NCBI GenBank assembly: GCA_050253075.1 | Contig: JBFWJS010000001.1 | Location: 1 to 64,000, forward strand | DNA: 64,000 nucleotides | Origin: Deferribacterales bacterium | GTDB lineage: Bacteria > Chrysiogenota > Deferribacteres > Deferribacterales > Geovibrionaceae | Direction of reading: 5' to 3' | Shown here: positions 18,717 through 29,800 of the stretch, in pieces | Layout of the letters: each line of letters starts with the position of its first letter | Numbering within the stretch: position 1 is the first letter of the stretch | Notes under the pieces: model-generated | The model's input: the letters and a program-made list of their open reading frames with translations, nothing else | Told to the model about the DNA's origin: nothing | The model's database searches: none | Translations under genes and position numbers: made by a program

Positions 18717-19841
18717 CTAAAGAGAGACGCTCTTGAAAAGCTCGTCCAGCTCTTTCAGGTGCTTTATGACAGGCAGATGCTGCGGGCAGTGGTCTTCGCA
18801 CTTACCGCATTCGATGCACTCATCGGCAGCACCGATATCTTCGTGGCTGGCGAGGTTTCCGTAATAGACTGACTGTATCAACGTATTGCCGTATCTCTTC
18901 GCCTGATTGAACATGCCGAAATACTGCGGGATCGCAATCTTCTTCGGACAGTCGTCCACGCAGTATCTGCAGTCTGTGCAGGAAACGTATGTGCTGTCTT
19001 TTATTATCTTTTCCACCGCTTTCACGGCTTCCATTTCTTTATCCGTCAAAGGCGTAAATGTATCGCATATCTTCATATTATCGTCCACATGAGCCATCTC
19101 GCTCATTCCGCTGAGTATAGCTATCACGCCATCAAGGGACTGCGCATAGCGGAGTGCCCATGACACATTCGACACATTCGGATCAAGTGCCTTAAAGACG
19201 CTCTCTGCCTCTTCGGAAAGGTTCGCCAGAGAACCGCCCTTCACAGGCTCCATCACAATGATGTCTTTACCGTGCTTTCTCGCCACTTCATAGCACTGTC
19301 TGGACTGTATGGTATTGTCGTCCCAGTCCACATAGTTTATCTGCAGCTGGACAAACTCCATCTCAGGGTGCTCTGTCAGGATGCGGTCGAGCAGGTCTGC
19401 TTTGTCATGGAAAGAGAATCCGATGCGCTTCGCCTTACCTTCCGCCTTCAGCTTCTGCACATATTCGAAACCGCCGAGCTCGCATGTGCTGGGGTATGTG
19501 CGTGCGCCGAGGTTATGCAGGAGGTAATAGTCGAAATAGTCCACACCGCACTTCTCCAGCTGTCCGTCGAAATATGTCTGATACTCCCCTTCTTCCTTTA
19601 TGAGGAAGACAGGCATCTTATCCGCCAGAATGAAGCTCTCACGGGGGTATCTCTCTACCAGAGATTTCCTTATTGCCTCTTCGCTGACACCCTTATGGTA
19701 AAAGAATGCCGTGTCGAAATATGTGAATCCGCCTGCGATGAACTTGTCCACCATGGCGTTTAGCTGATTGTAGTCTATTGTCGTGACATCTTCTTTGTCT
19801 GTCACAGGCAGTCTCATAAAGCCGAAACCGAGTTTCTTCAT
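18717..19841 (-). CDS. Aldo/keto reductase with a C-terminal 4Fe-4S domain
   Basis: LGFGFMRLP, YFDTA, IGFSFH, MEPVKGG; CTDCRYC..CP and CIECGKC...CP. Confidence 0.9.
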   Translation of the reverse strand: MKKLGFGFMRLPVTDKEDVTTIDYNQLNAMVDKFIAGGFTYFDTAFFYHKGVSEEAIRKSLVERYPRESFILADKMPVFLIKEEGEYQTYFDGQLEKCGVDYFDYYLLHNLGARTYPSTCELGGFEYVQKLKAEGKAKRIGFSFHDKADLLDRILTEHPEMEFVQLQINYVDWDDNTIQSRQCYEVARKHGKDIIVMEPVKGGSLANLSEEAESVFKALDPNVSNVSWALRYAQSLDGVIAILSGMSEMAHVDDNMKICDTFTPLTDKEMEAVKAVEKIIKDSTYVSCTDCRYCVDDCPKKIAIPQYFGMFNQAKRYGNTLIQSVYYGNLASHEDIGAADECIECGKCEDHCPQHLPVIKHLKELDELFKSVSL

Positions 19842-20018
19842 TTTGTATCTCCCGTACAGGTTTAATAAATCGTGTCCATTTTAGCACTTTAAAGAGTTCT
19901 ATCAACCAGAAATGTAAACCATATAGTTTACAGAGAGAATAAACCGCTGTACCCTCACTGATTTTTTAGATAAAATCAAGTAACGGCGAAAAATATTCTG
20001 CATAAAAAGGGTGACACG

Positions 20019-20726
20019 ATGGAATTCAAAGACAAAGTTGCGGTCGTCACAGGCGGCGCAAACGGAATAGGCAAAGCTACGGCAGAGCTGTTCAGAGCGA
20101 GAGGCGCACATGTCTGCATCATAGATATACAGCCGAACGGCTACTTCACGGGCGACATCTCCGACAAATCCGTGCTGGAAACCTTCGCCGAAAAGGTGAT
20201 AAGCGACCACGGCCGTGTGGACTGCCTTGTGAATAATGCGATCCCACTTATGAAAGGCATAAACGACTGTACCTATGAAGAATTTGAATACGCTATGCGA
20301 GTGGGCGTGACAGCTCCCTTCTACCTTGCAAAGCTGTTCCTGCCATACTTCGCCGAGGGCGCATCCGTCATAAACATATCATCATCCAGAGACCGCATGA
20401 GCCAGCCCCAGACAGAAAGCTACACAGCAGCGAAAGGGGGCATATCCGCACTGACCCATTCGATGGCGATGAGTCTCGGCGGAAAGGTCCGTGTAAACAG
20501 CATATCGCCCGGCTGGGTAGACACAAAGGGTGTTAACTACACCGGAGCAGATGCCGAACAGCACCCCGCAGGCAGAGTGGGCAGGCCTTCCGACATTTCC
20601 GAGATGATACTTTTCCTCGCCTCGGACAAGGCAGGGTTTATCACAGGTGAAAACATCTGCATCGACGGCGGCATGACAAAGCAGATGATATACCACGACG
20701 ATCACGGCTGGAAATTGAGCAAATGA
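20019..20726 (+). CDS. Short-chain dehydrogenase/reductase
   Basis: TGGANGIG, NNA, YTAAK, VNSISPG. Confidence 0.92.
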   Translation: MEFKDKVAVVTGGANGIGKATAELFRARGAHVCIIDIQPNGYFTGDISDKSVLETFAEKVISDHGRVDCLVNNAIPLMKGINDCTYEEFEYAMRVGVTAPFYLAKLFLPYFAEGASVINISSSRDRMSQPQTESYTAAKGGISALTHSMAMSLGGKVRVNSISPGWVDTKGVNYTGADAEQHPAGRVGRPSDISEMILFLASDKAGFITGENICIDGGMTKQMIYHDDHGWKLSK

Positions 20727-20942
20727 TTGCATCAATACTGTATAAGTTATTATCTAGCATTTTTTCATATTTTTATCTTTTTTAACATCAGATACTTATA
20801 ATTGACTATTCAAAAAATTTAACTTAAGCCAAGCGAAAGCGTTCACGTAATGCTATAATTGTTTAAATACGCACAAAAGCACCACATAACGCAAACTTTG
20901 AGCGATGAATGACCGGTAAAAGTAAAAATGTGAATAATAAAA

Positions 20943-23096
20943 ATGAAAACTTACAAACTGCTGCTGATACTTCTTTCTGCCGTTATCCTTCACACTGCCA
21001 GTGCCTCTGCGCTCGATAAAAAGAACATACTATTCATTTCATCTTTCAACCAGTCTATGCCGTGGCCTCTCGCCATTAAAAAAGGCATAAGCGACACCCT
21101 GAAAGCACAGCCGAATGACAATATAAACCTTTACGAACATTACTTCGACACCCTGAGACTGGGCGACATATACGACAAAGACGTCGATTTTCAATACTTC
21201 AAAAACAGATTCAGCAACGTTAAGATAGACATGGTGATATCCGACTCAGTCTTTGCAAACAAGTTCATGAATGACGTAAATGACGAGCTTTTCGGCAGTG
21301 ATGTCCCCGTGATATACTTTGCCGACAGAAATGAACACCTGCAGACATCTTCAAATGATCTCATCCTTTTAAAAGATAAGGCAAAGGTCGCCACGCAGAC
21401 ATTCAATATGGCAGACAGGATAAACCCTAAAGCGAAAAGAGCCATCGTAATAAGCGGTAAGCATGACGAAGGGGTCGTACACGAGTTTAACAGAGCGCTC
21501 AGACAAGCCGCCGAACAGGAGGGGCTTGAATTCGTATTACTGGACGACATAACTTTCACTGATCTCCGCTCATACGTCAGCAGGCTGACAAATAACGACC
21601 TGCTCTTTTACGCCATAATGTCGAAAGATAAAGAAGGGGCTGTCAGAGTTCCTAACGAAGTGGTGCAGATGATCGCAGATTATTCCCCTGTCCCCGTATA
21701 CACATTTCATTCCACATTCTTAAACACGGGTGCTGTCGGCGGATACTCTATATCTGCATACGACATAGGCGTCAGTGCGGCATACATCGCCCTGAATTAT
21801 TTCAGAACAGGCGAGCTTAGAAACGACATAAACTATACCAAGTGCATGATAGATTATAATGCCGTAAAGAGACACGGTCTTAAACGATCCGACTTCCCGC
21901 CTTATTCGGAATTCATCAATGCAGATATCCCTTTCTGGAAGAAAAACCCTGTGGAGACAACCATAGTCAGTGCACTGTTGATGCTCCTGACCATGCTTAC
22001 ATGCACACTTTTATTCTACACCAAAAAACTGAAAAAACTCATCCGCAGCTCAATTGCAGGCATATGTGTCATGAACAGATACGGCATGGTTGTCGAATGC
22101 AGCAGTTCTTTCGCCAAAATGCTCGGGTATAAAAATGATGAAATATACGCTAAGACCATTTTCGATTGGGATGTGGATATCACAGATGAGGAGTTTCAGC
22201 ACATGTACCGCAAACGCCCGGTAACGCCTGTCATGCGTGAGCATAAATACATCAGGAAAGACGGAAGCCTCATCGATGTCGAGACATGGACAAAGGGGAT
22301 AACATTCGGACGCAGAAAATATCTGTATATGATGTCTAAAGATGTCACGAAAGAAAAGATGATGGAAGAAAAGCTGAAAAAGCAGAATGAATACCTCATC
22401 CAGCAGTCAAAGCTGGCTGCCATGGGCGAGATGATATCCGCCATAGCGCATCAGTGGAGGCAGCCTCTCGGCACAGCAGGCATCGGGCTCAGCATCATAT
22501 ACGACATCTATAAGGCAAACGAGAACGCCATCACCGATGAAGACGACAAGCACGACATGGAAGAGGCCGTCTCCAATGTCGAAAATGCCATAAGCTATCT
22601 CAGCGACACCATAGACGACTTCCGCAATTTCTATACGCCGAACAACACGAAAGAGGTCTTTGTGTTATACGATGTGATAAACAGTTCTTTCAAATTCTTC
22701 GAAGGACAGCTCCTCAGCAGAGGGGTCGAATACACTGTCTCCTGCCCGCGCGCTATAAAGCTCGAAGGGGTCTCCAGCCAGCTAAGGCAGGTACTGCTCA
22801 GTCTTATTAACAACTCTATTAACGCATTCGAGAATCACCCACACCAGGCACATATGATAACCGTGCGGGCTGACTCAGACGCAGAAAATGTCGTGATACA
22901 GGTTTGCGACACGGGAGGTGGAATTGATGAAAACATTATTAACAAAATATTTGAGCCCTACTTCACCACAAAGGGCCCCACATCAGGCACAGGCCTGGGA
23001 CTGTACATCGCAAAGCTGATAGTCGAAAACACGTTCAAAGGCGCAATCTCTGCTCATAACAATAATGAGGGCGCCGTAATAGAGATAAGGATTTAG
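20943..23096 (+). CDS. Sensor histidine kinase with an extracytoplasmic ligand-binding domain and a PAS domain
   Basis: Signal peptide, periplasmic domain (GAVGGY), TM, PAS (RKDGS), IAHQWRQPL, FEPYFTTK, GTGLGL. Confidence 0.9.
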   Translation: MKTYKLLLILLSAVILHTASASALDKKNILFISSFNQSMPWPLAIKKGISDTLKAQPNDNINLYEHYFDTLRLGDIYDKDVDFQYFKNRFSNVKIDMVISDSVFANKFMNDVNDELFGSDVPVIYFADRNEHLQTSSNDLILLKDKAKVATQTFNMADRINPKAKRAIVISGKHDEGVVHEFNRALRQAAEQEGLEFVLLDDITFTDLRSYVSRLTNNDLLFYAIMSKDKEGAVRVPNEVVQMIADYSPVPVYTFHSTFLNTGAVGGYSISAYDIGVSAAYIALNYFRTGELRNDINYTKCMIDYNAVKRHGLKRSDFPPYSEFINADIPFWKKNPVETTIVSALLMLLTMLTCTLLFYTKKLKKLIRSSIAGICVMNRYGMVVECSSSFAKMLGYKNDEIYAKTIFDWDVDITDEEFQHMYRKRPVTPVMREHKYIRKDGSLIDVETWTKGITFGRRKYLYMMSKDVTKEKMMEEKLKKQNEYLIQQSKLAAMGEMISAIAHQWRQPLGTAGIGLSIIYDIYKANENAITDEDDKHDMEEAVSNVENAISYLSDTIDDFRNFYTPNNTKEVFVLYDVINSSFKFFEGQLLSRGVEYTVSCPRAIKLEGVSSQLRQVLLSLINNSINAFENHPHQAHMITVRADSDAENVVIQVCDTGGGIDENIINKIFEPYFTTKGPTSGTGLGLYIAKLIVENTFKGAISAHNNNEGAVIEIRI

Positions 23097-23098
23097 AT

Positions 23099-23485
23099 AT
23101 GGCTAGTGAAAAGTTCAACAAAAAAGTTCTGGTAGTGGACGATGAAATACTCGTGCTGAGCATGATGGCAATGCTCTTCAAAAGGAAATTTGAGGTGTGC
23201 CACGAGGCATCGAACGGACAGGAAGCTCTGCACATACTGGAGCAGTATAATGACATCGACTGTGTTATCACGGATATATCTATGCCTGTGATGGACGGAT
23301 ACGAGCTGAGGTCACATGTCTCGACCATGCGCCCGGAGATGCCCGTGATAGCCGTTACGGGGCACTCTGACGAAGCCCACATGAAGCGCATGCGGGATCA
23401 TAGATTCAGCCATATCATACTGAAACCAGTAGACAGGGACAAGGTCGCTGATATGGTGAATAAAATAGTCGGACTTTCTGCTTAA
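23099..23485 (+). CDS. Single-domain response regulator
   Basis: VLVVDDE, TDISMPVMDG, KPV. Confidence 0.9.
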   Translation: MASEKFNKKVLVVDDEILVLSMMAMLFKRKFEVCHEASNGQEALHILEQYNDIDCVITDISMPVMDGYELRSHVSTMRPEMPVIAVTGHSDEAHMKRMRDHRFSHIILKPVDRDKVADMVNKIVGLSA

Positions 23486-23490
23486 TAAAT

Positions 23491-23515
23491 AAAAAAGGCC
23501 CTCAAAATGAGGGCC
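23491..23515 (-). terminator. Intrinsic terminator
   Basis: GGCCCTCA-AAA-TGAGGGCC preceded by A6, which is a U tail on the minus strand. Confidence 0.7.
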
Positions 23516-23534
23516 CCAAATCATTGGTCTGCTA

Positions 23535-25082
23535 TTACTTGGTCATTGCCTTGATTAACCTTTCATAGCGCTCTTGCCCTTTGACAAGTTTGTTCCGCTG
23601 TGCATCGTCGAATTTCCCAGGGGTTGGAAACTCCGATTTGTGACAGCTGGAGCAAGCATTTGGCATTACGTCAAAGTCTGTACAGTAATGAACGTTATTA
23701 GGATATTTATAGCTATCGTAACACTCGCCGTTCGCCTGTATTTTTGCCCATGATTTTGTCAGCTTATTCATAGGATCAGCATCAGGAAGCGTGAATTGCT
23801 TTATATAGTCAAACTGTGCGAGAGATTCCGCAGGTTTGATAGGTTTAAACACGTGCAGACGTGCATCATAGCGCACGGAACGCAGGAAGCTGATGCTGCC
23901 GAATGGCATGTGGCAGTCGACACAGTTCACTTCCTGAACCATGTGAGTCTTGCCCATGTGCTCTTTTGTCCCTTTGTCTGTGTGACAGCTGAGGCAGAGA
24001 TCATTGGCAGGCATGCGTGTCTTTTGTGTGTGCGGGTCGTGGCATGTCTTGCAGTTCATGCCGTTTTCAGCGTGCTTTGTGCTCTGCACCTGCATAGTGT
24101 ATGACTTCGCCTGCTGAAAATACTCTGTACCTGCCCACTTCTTACGCACGTTTGCGACGTAATAGTCTGAGAGTTTATCGCCTACGTTATAGTGTTTACC
24201 CTGACCGTTAGGGTTGTTCTCGTCAAATATAACAGGGAGCTCCGTCCAGAATCCGTTGTCATAGTTGATAGGGTGTCCTGACTGGTGGCACTGGTCGCAC
24301 TCTTCACTGCCGGATGTGCTCTCGAGCTCGGCAGGGTTTACTATGTCTTTCTTATCGCCTGTTTCGACGTGTTTTCCGCCTGGGCCGTGGCATTTCTCAC
24401 AGCCGATGGCAAACTCTGTGGTTGTCCATATGTTTGTCTTGTCGGCAGAACGTCCGATGATAGGATAATCCTTCCATGTCTCTACGTTAAAGCCTGTGAG
24501 GTGGCAGTCGGCACATCTGTTTTCATATCCGTAGAATTTCTCGAATACTTCCATCTTCTTATCATCGATGGAGCCGTCCTCTGTAAACCAGAAGAGGTCA
24601 AATGCGTTACCCCAGCGTTCCTCTCTTGTGGAATCATTCCAATAGTTGAAAGGGAGAGTGAGGAGAGTCTGTTTATCTTCGAGATAGCTGAAGAACATTG
24701 TCTGTGAGGTATAGCCCACGGCATCCACACGATAATTTCTGTCTCTGGCAGAGTCATTCTTGTCGTGGATGGTTACCCAGTATTCCTTCCCTTTCATATA
24801 CAGCGTATATCTTCTGTCGCTGTTACTGGTGGTGATCACCTTCGGCTCTTTCTCCGTACCCCACGGAGCGCTGATGGAGTTGTTGTCATCGGTGTAGAGT
24901 TTCCTCATGACATTTGCGTGTCTTGTCGGGCGCCATTCGTCATAGACGTCTGTATGGCAGTCCATACACTTCTCCGATCCTACGAAATCACCCCGCGGAT
25001 TCTCCATCTCCGCTGATGCCTGTACCGCAAAGCTAAACAGCATTAAAAGCAGTACGATTAAAAACGAAGCACTTTTCTTCAT
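23535..25082 (-). CDS. Periplasmic octaheme c-type cytochrome
   Basis: Signal peptide and eight CxxCH motifs (CMDCH, CADCH, CEKCH, CDQCH, CKTCH, CLSCH, CVDCH, CSSCH). Confidence 0.9.
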   Translation of the reverse strand: MKKSASFLIVLLLMLFSFAVQASAEMENPRGDFVGSEKCMDCHTDVYDEWRPTRHANVMRKLYTDDNNSISAPWGTEKEPKVITTSNSDRRYTLYMKGKEYWVTIHDKNDSARDRNYRVDAVGYTSQTMFFSYLEDKQTLLTLPFNYWNDSTREERWGNAFDLFWFTEDGSIDDKKMEVFEKFYGYENRCADCHLTGFNVETWKDYPIIGRSADKTNIWTTTEFAIGCEKCHGPGGKHVETGDKKDIVNPAELESTSGSEECDQCHQSGHPINYDNGFWTELPVIFDENNPNGQGKHYNVGDKLSDYYVANVRKKWAGTEYFQQAKSYTMQVQSTKHAENGMNCKTCHDPHTQKTRMPANDLCLSCHTDKGTKEHMGKTHMVQEVNCVDCHMPFGSISFLRSVRYDARLHVFKPIKPAESLAQFDYIKQFTLPDADPMNKLTKSWAKIQANGECYDSYKYPNNVHYCTDFDVMPNACSSCHKSEFPTPGKFDDAQRNKLVKGQERYERLIKAMTK

Positions 25083-25126
25083 TGCTTCCTCCTGTAAAAT
25101 AAATGCGAAACTGTATGTATGAGTTA

Positions 25127-25786
25127 CTATTTATAAAGCGACTTAAGCTCTGCGACGACTTCCATAGGGTTCTTGCGGTATGTGTAGTCGACCTTTACAA
25201 AAGAGCTGATTATCATGCCGTTGGTATCCACCACAAAGGTAGCCGCCAGCGGCAGGTTAAACTTGCCAATACCGTTGTGCCCCTGAAGGTCTATGCCGAA
25301 TCCGTCGTAAATCTCTCTGACACTTTCAGGCAGGGTGAATGAAAGCCCCAGCCTTGATGCGTATTCCATATTCTCATCTGTCAGTATGTCGTACTGAAGC
25401 TCATTCTTTTCCGCAGTGGTAAGAGAGGAATCGGGGAGCTCCGGTGTGATGGCGACGAGCTTTGCGCCTGTGGCTTTGATATCCGCCAGAACTTCCTGAT
25501 AGGCACGCAGCTCAAGATTACAGTACGGGCACCATCCGCCTCTGTAGAAAATGATAACAACGGGGCCCTGCTCACGGAGTTCCTGAAGATGTACATAATT
25601 ACCGTTCTGATTGGGGAGTTTGAAATCCATGAGCGTTTGCCCCGCTTTTGGAGCGCTTTCTGTCATGCCGCTTTCAGAAAGTCTGTTGATCTCTCTATCT
25701 ATTATCTCGTTGATATTGTCGGGTCTGGCCGCCCTTCCTTCTTCACGCATTTTGGTTAATTCTGCTGTCAGGTTCATAGTTTTCAC
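25127..25786 (-). CDS. Peroxiredoxin-like AhpC/TSA family protein
   Basis: FYRGGWCPYCNLEL motif in a thioredoxin fold. Confidence 0.88.
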   Translation of the reverse strand: MKTMNLTAELTKMREEGRAARPDNINEIIDREINRLSESGMTESAPKAGQTLMDFKLPNQNGNYVHLQELREQGPVVIIFYRGGWCPYCNLELRAYQEVLADIKATGAKLVAITPELPDSSLTTAEKNELQYDILTDENMEYASRLGLSFTLPESVREIYDGFGIDLQGHNGIGKFNLPLAATFVVDTNGMIISSFVKVDYTYRKNPMEVVAELKSLYK

Positions 25787-25828
25787 CTTTTTATTTTTTG
25801 GGTTTCATTCAGGATTACTATCAATCAT

Positions 25829-25896
25829 CTTGAATGATCGTTCAAGTTAGAACGAGAAAAATAATGTGTCAAGTTTTATTTTGAATGTTCATTCAA
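25829..25896. promoter_or_regulatory. Two palindromic TetR-type operators
   Basis: CTTGAATGATCGTTCAAG (25829-25846) and TTGAATGTTCATTCAA (25881-25896), between the divergent prx-like and TetR genes. Confidence 0.75.
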
Positions 25897-25957
25897 GAAG
25901 TACTTGCATATCTATGTAAGATCACTATAATTTAAACATGTACAATGAGGAGGAATA

Positions 25958-26527
25958 ATGGCCAGAGCTCAATTTGACAGGGACGAAGTAATAAAGAAAT
26001 CCACTCTGCTCTTCTGGCAGAACGGATACAGCGCATCTTCCATGCAACAGGTGGTTAAAACCACGGGACTTAAACCCGGGTCTATCTATCTGGCATTCGG
26101 CAGTAAAGAAGCGCTCTTTCGCGAGTCTCTGGAAAGCTACGCCACAAATTCCATTAAGCGTATCAGAGAATTCATAGACAATTCCGAGTCTGTGGGCAAA
26201 GGTCTTTGCACTTTCCTTAACTACATAGCCGAAGAAGCTCTGAATGAGAACCACTGCAGCTGTTTCCTCGTGAAGACACAGCTTGAGCTGGTGAACGAAG
26301 GCGGAGAGCTGTATCAGTATGCCTCTGAAAAGCTGGGCGACATCGAAGGACTCTTCCGTGAATACCTTTCAGCCGAATACGGCGAAGAAGGGGGAAAGAG
26401 GAAAGCAGCCAGCATAATGCTTCACATTTACGGAATGAGAGTCTACGGATGCAGGGACGGCTCCCTTGAGCTCATGCGGAAAGGGCTTATGGAAGGGCTT
26501 CCGTGGCTGCCATGGGAAGAGGAATAA
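25958..26527 (+). CDS. TetR/AcrR family regulator (NemR/ComR-like)
   Basis: FWQNGYSASSM...GSIYLAFGSKEALF HTH; a Cys-containing CSCFLV motif. Confidence 0.9.
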   Translation: MARAQFDRDEVIKKSTLLFWQNGYSASSMQQVVKTTGLKPGSIYLAFGSKEALFRESLESYATNSIKRIREFIDNSESVGKGLCTFLNYIAEEALNENHCSCFLVKTQLELVNEGGELYQYASEKLGDIEGLFREYLSAEYGEEGGKRKAASIMLHIYGMRVYGCRDGSLELMRKGLMEGLPWLPWEEE

Positions 26528-26837
26528 CCAAAACGAAGTTCACACTACAACTATTTGATAATTCACGTATTATCAATATTATTAGTCAGCAAATTTATTT
26601 TATATCCATGTCAATTTTGTACAATACATTTACACAATTTCAGATATAATAATCAGAATAGGGATAATGCAGAGAAGCATTCATATTTCATTATTTTATC
26701 TCTGCCCGCTTACACCCCGATATTGCACAGCTAAAAATGAACCACGTCTATGCATCCACACAAAAGACCCTCGCATAGCAACAATATAGCTGCGCCCAAA
26801 AACACATCCAAAGCATCAATATTTTTAGGAGAACCCT

Positions 26838-29800
26838 ATGAAACGCTTTAATCCATTCTGGATAATCAGGAAAGGGATGACTCTCTTTGTCACCGCTTCG
26901 CTTCTGGCGGGCGCTGTGGCATCACATGCTGCTCCTTCGGGCGGCGTAGTCACCTCGGGCAATGCCGTAATATCCCAAAACGGAAACACCACAGACATCA
27001 ACCAGTCGAGCCAAAATGCCGCCATAAACTGGCAGGATTTCAGCATCGGCGCAAAAGAAACCGTTAACTTCAATCAGCCGAATGTCGACTCTGTCACTCT
27101 GAACAGGATAGTCGGCACAGAAACATCCGTCATAAACGGAGCGCTGAATGCCAACGGACAGGTATTCATACTGAACTCAAACGGCATCCTCTTTGGGAAG
27201 AATGCTTCTGTCAACACATCGGGGCTGGCAGCTACCACAATGCAGCTGAGCGATAAGAACTTCATGGCAGGGAAGTATACTTTCACCAATGCGTCCGATG
27301 CCTCCATCATAAACAAAGGCGTGATAAACATCTCAAACGAAGGCTATGCCGCACTCTTTGGTAAAACAGTAGAGAACACGGGCGTCATAAATGTCGTAAA
27401 AGGCAAGGTATACATGACAGGCGCAGAGTCTGTCACCATAGACATAGACGGAAACTCTCTGGTAGAGCTGACTGTTGAAAAGAGCGTGCTGGACGCTATG
27501 GTCAGCAATAAAGGCGCAGTGATAGCAGACGGAGGCGAGATATACCTCACCACATCATCCGCTGACGACCTCACCGCCGGAGTGGTGAACAACACAGGCA
27601 TCATACAGGCCGAAGGGATAGACGACATCGAGGGCAAGGCAGTGATATTTGCCCACGGAGGCACAGCCAACATCGGCGGAGAGATATCCACAGGCGCAGG
27701 CAAAGGCTTTGTCGAGACATCTGGCGACACCGTAAATTTCGCCGAAGGGGTTAAGGTAACATCAGCATACTGGCTGATAGACCCTACAGATATCACGGTA
27801 GACGCAACTCTCGCTGACGCTCTCGAATCACAGCTTTTATCAGGCAGCGCACTGATCGAGACCACAGACGGCAGCATCACCTTTGACGCTGATATAGATG
27901 TAGCCGGGGCAAGCACCCTTTCCGTTGATGCGTACGAAGACATCATAGTCAACAGCACCATAAACGTAAGCGACACATCGGCCCTCAGTCTCAGCTACGG
28001 CAACAGGCTGACCGTAACACTGGACACAGGCGTTATAAACCTTAACGACGCCAGCACAATACAGATAAACGGCGAAAATTATAATGTGATACGCACAGAT
28101 GACCAGCTGCAGGACATGGATCAGAATATGGCAGGCAAGTATGTGCTCGGCACAGACATCGACCTGAACGGATATGCATATGAGCGCATAGGCGACAGTA
28201 TGTCGAACTTCACGGGAGCTTTAAACGGTCTCGGACACACCATAAGCAATATGACTGTTTCCAACGATGTCGGCGGGTCAGGTCTTTTCGGCACTTTAGA
28301 GACGGCATCCGTGAGCAACCTGCTGATAACAGATGCAAACTCTTCCACTACGTCTGCCAATGCAGGTATCCTGGGCGGTAAAGCCGTGGACAGCGACATA
28401 TATAATGTAGGTGTCAGCGGAACGGTATCAGGACCGCAGGTCGGAGGTCTCCTCGGCTACAGCATAGGGAGCACCATAACAAACACATACGCAGATGCAG
28501 ACCTCACAGGCGCAGAGCAGAACTCAGGCGGCTTTATAGGCATTGCATACGACACTATAATAAAAGACAGCTACTCAGCGGGCGTTATCGAAGGGACAAG
28601 CATGATAGGCGGCTTCATCGGAGCTCTCCACGGCACATCCTCGATAACAGGCAGTTACTCATCCGTGGACGTGACATCCACTGATGCGATGATGGGCTTC
28701 GCAGGGGGACTTATAGGATATGCTGTCAATACAGGCGAGATGTCAAACAACTATGCAACAGGGAACGTAAAAGGAACAGTACGCATAGGCGGGCTGATAG
28801 GTTCCGCAGGAGACATCACACTATCCGACTCATACGCAACGGGCACAGTAGACGGCGGACAGTACACCGGAGGGCTTATCGGTTACGGAACAAACATAAC
28901 AGTCTCTGACAGCCATGCCACGGGCGCAATAAACTCCACACTGACAACAGGCTCCTATGCAGGCGGCTTCATCGGCGCAATAGTAAAAGGCAGCATAACA
29001 AACAGCTATGCCACAGGAAACGTGAAAGGCGGTGCAGTTGCAGGGGGCTTTGCAGGGTATGTAAAAGACGCCTACATAAGCAAAACATACGCATCGGGCA
29101 ATGTCAACGGTGCAGACTATGCCGGCGGGCATTTCGGATACATGCAGATAGCCGATGTGGCTGATGCATATCTCACCGAAAGCTACGCCACAGGGGACGT
29201 GACAGGAAACAACCATATAGGCGGACTCGGAGGCAGGATAGTCAATGCCTATGTAAATAACAGCTATTCCACAGGCGATGTAGAAGGCTCCTCAAACGTC
29301 GGCGGACTGATAGGCTCTGTCAACGGCGGAAACATCGAGAACGTATACACATTCAGCGATGTGGAAGGCACACATGAATATGCCGCAGGGCTTGTCGGAC
29401 TGGCAACAGACTTTAACTCTAACATCACGAACGCATTTGCATTCGGCACAGTGACAGGCAGCAGCTATGTCGCAGGCTTAATAAATGACGACGGCAAAGC
29501 AACAGTTACAAACAGCTATTTCAGCTCTGATGCAAACCCGTCCACAGGTACAGACACATATAATGTCTCTGCTGCAAATGCACAGATGACAGACAACATC
29601 AAAGATACATTCGACACAGATACAATATGGACAGGCGAAACAGTGAATATGGGATTCCCTCTGCTCAGATGGCAGGGAGACATCACAGACATCACCCTCA
29701 CCTTCCCTTCTGACGCTGAATACGGCACAACAGGGCTGACAGCGGCGGATTTCCTCTCTGACTATGCTTCCTACGGCGATTACTCATACGTTGTGCTCAA

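Noticed and set aside
26640..26830. c-di-GMP or other riboswitch ahead of tpsA
   Set aside because: Only short, weak inverted repeats; no recognisable aptamer core.
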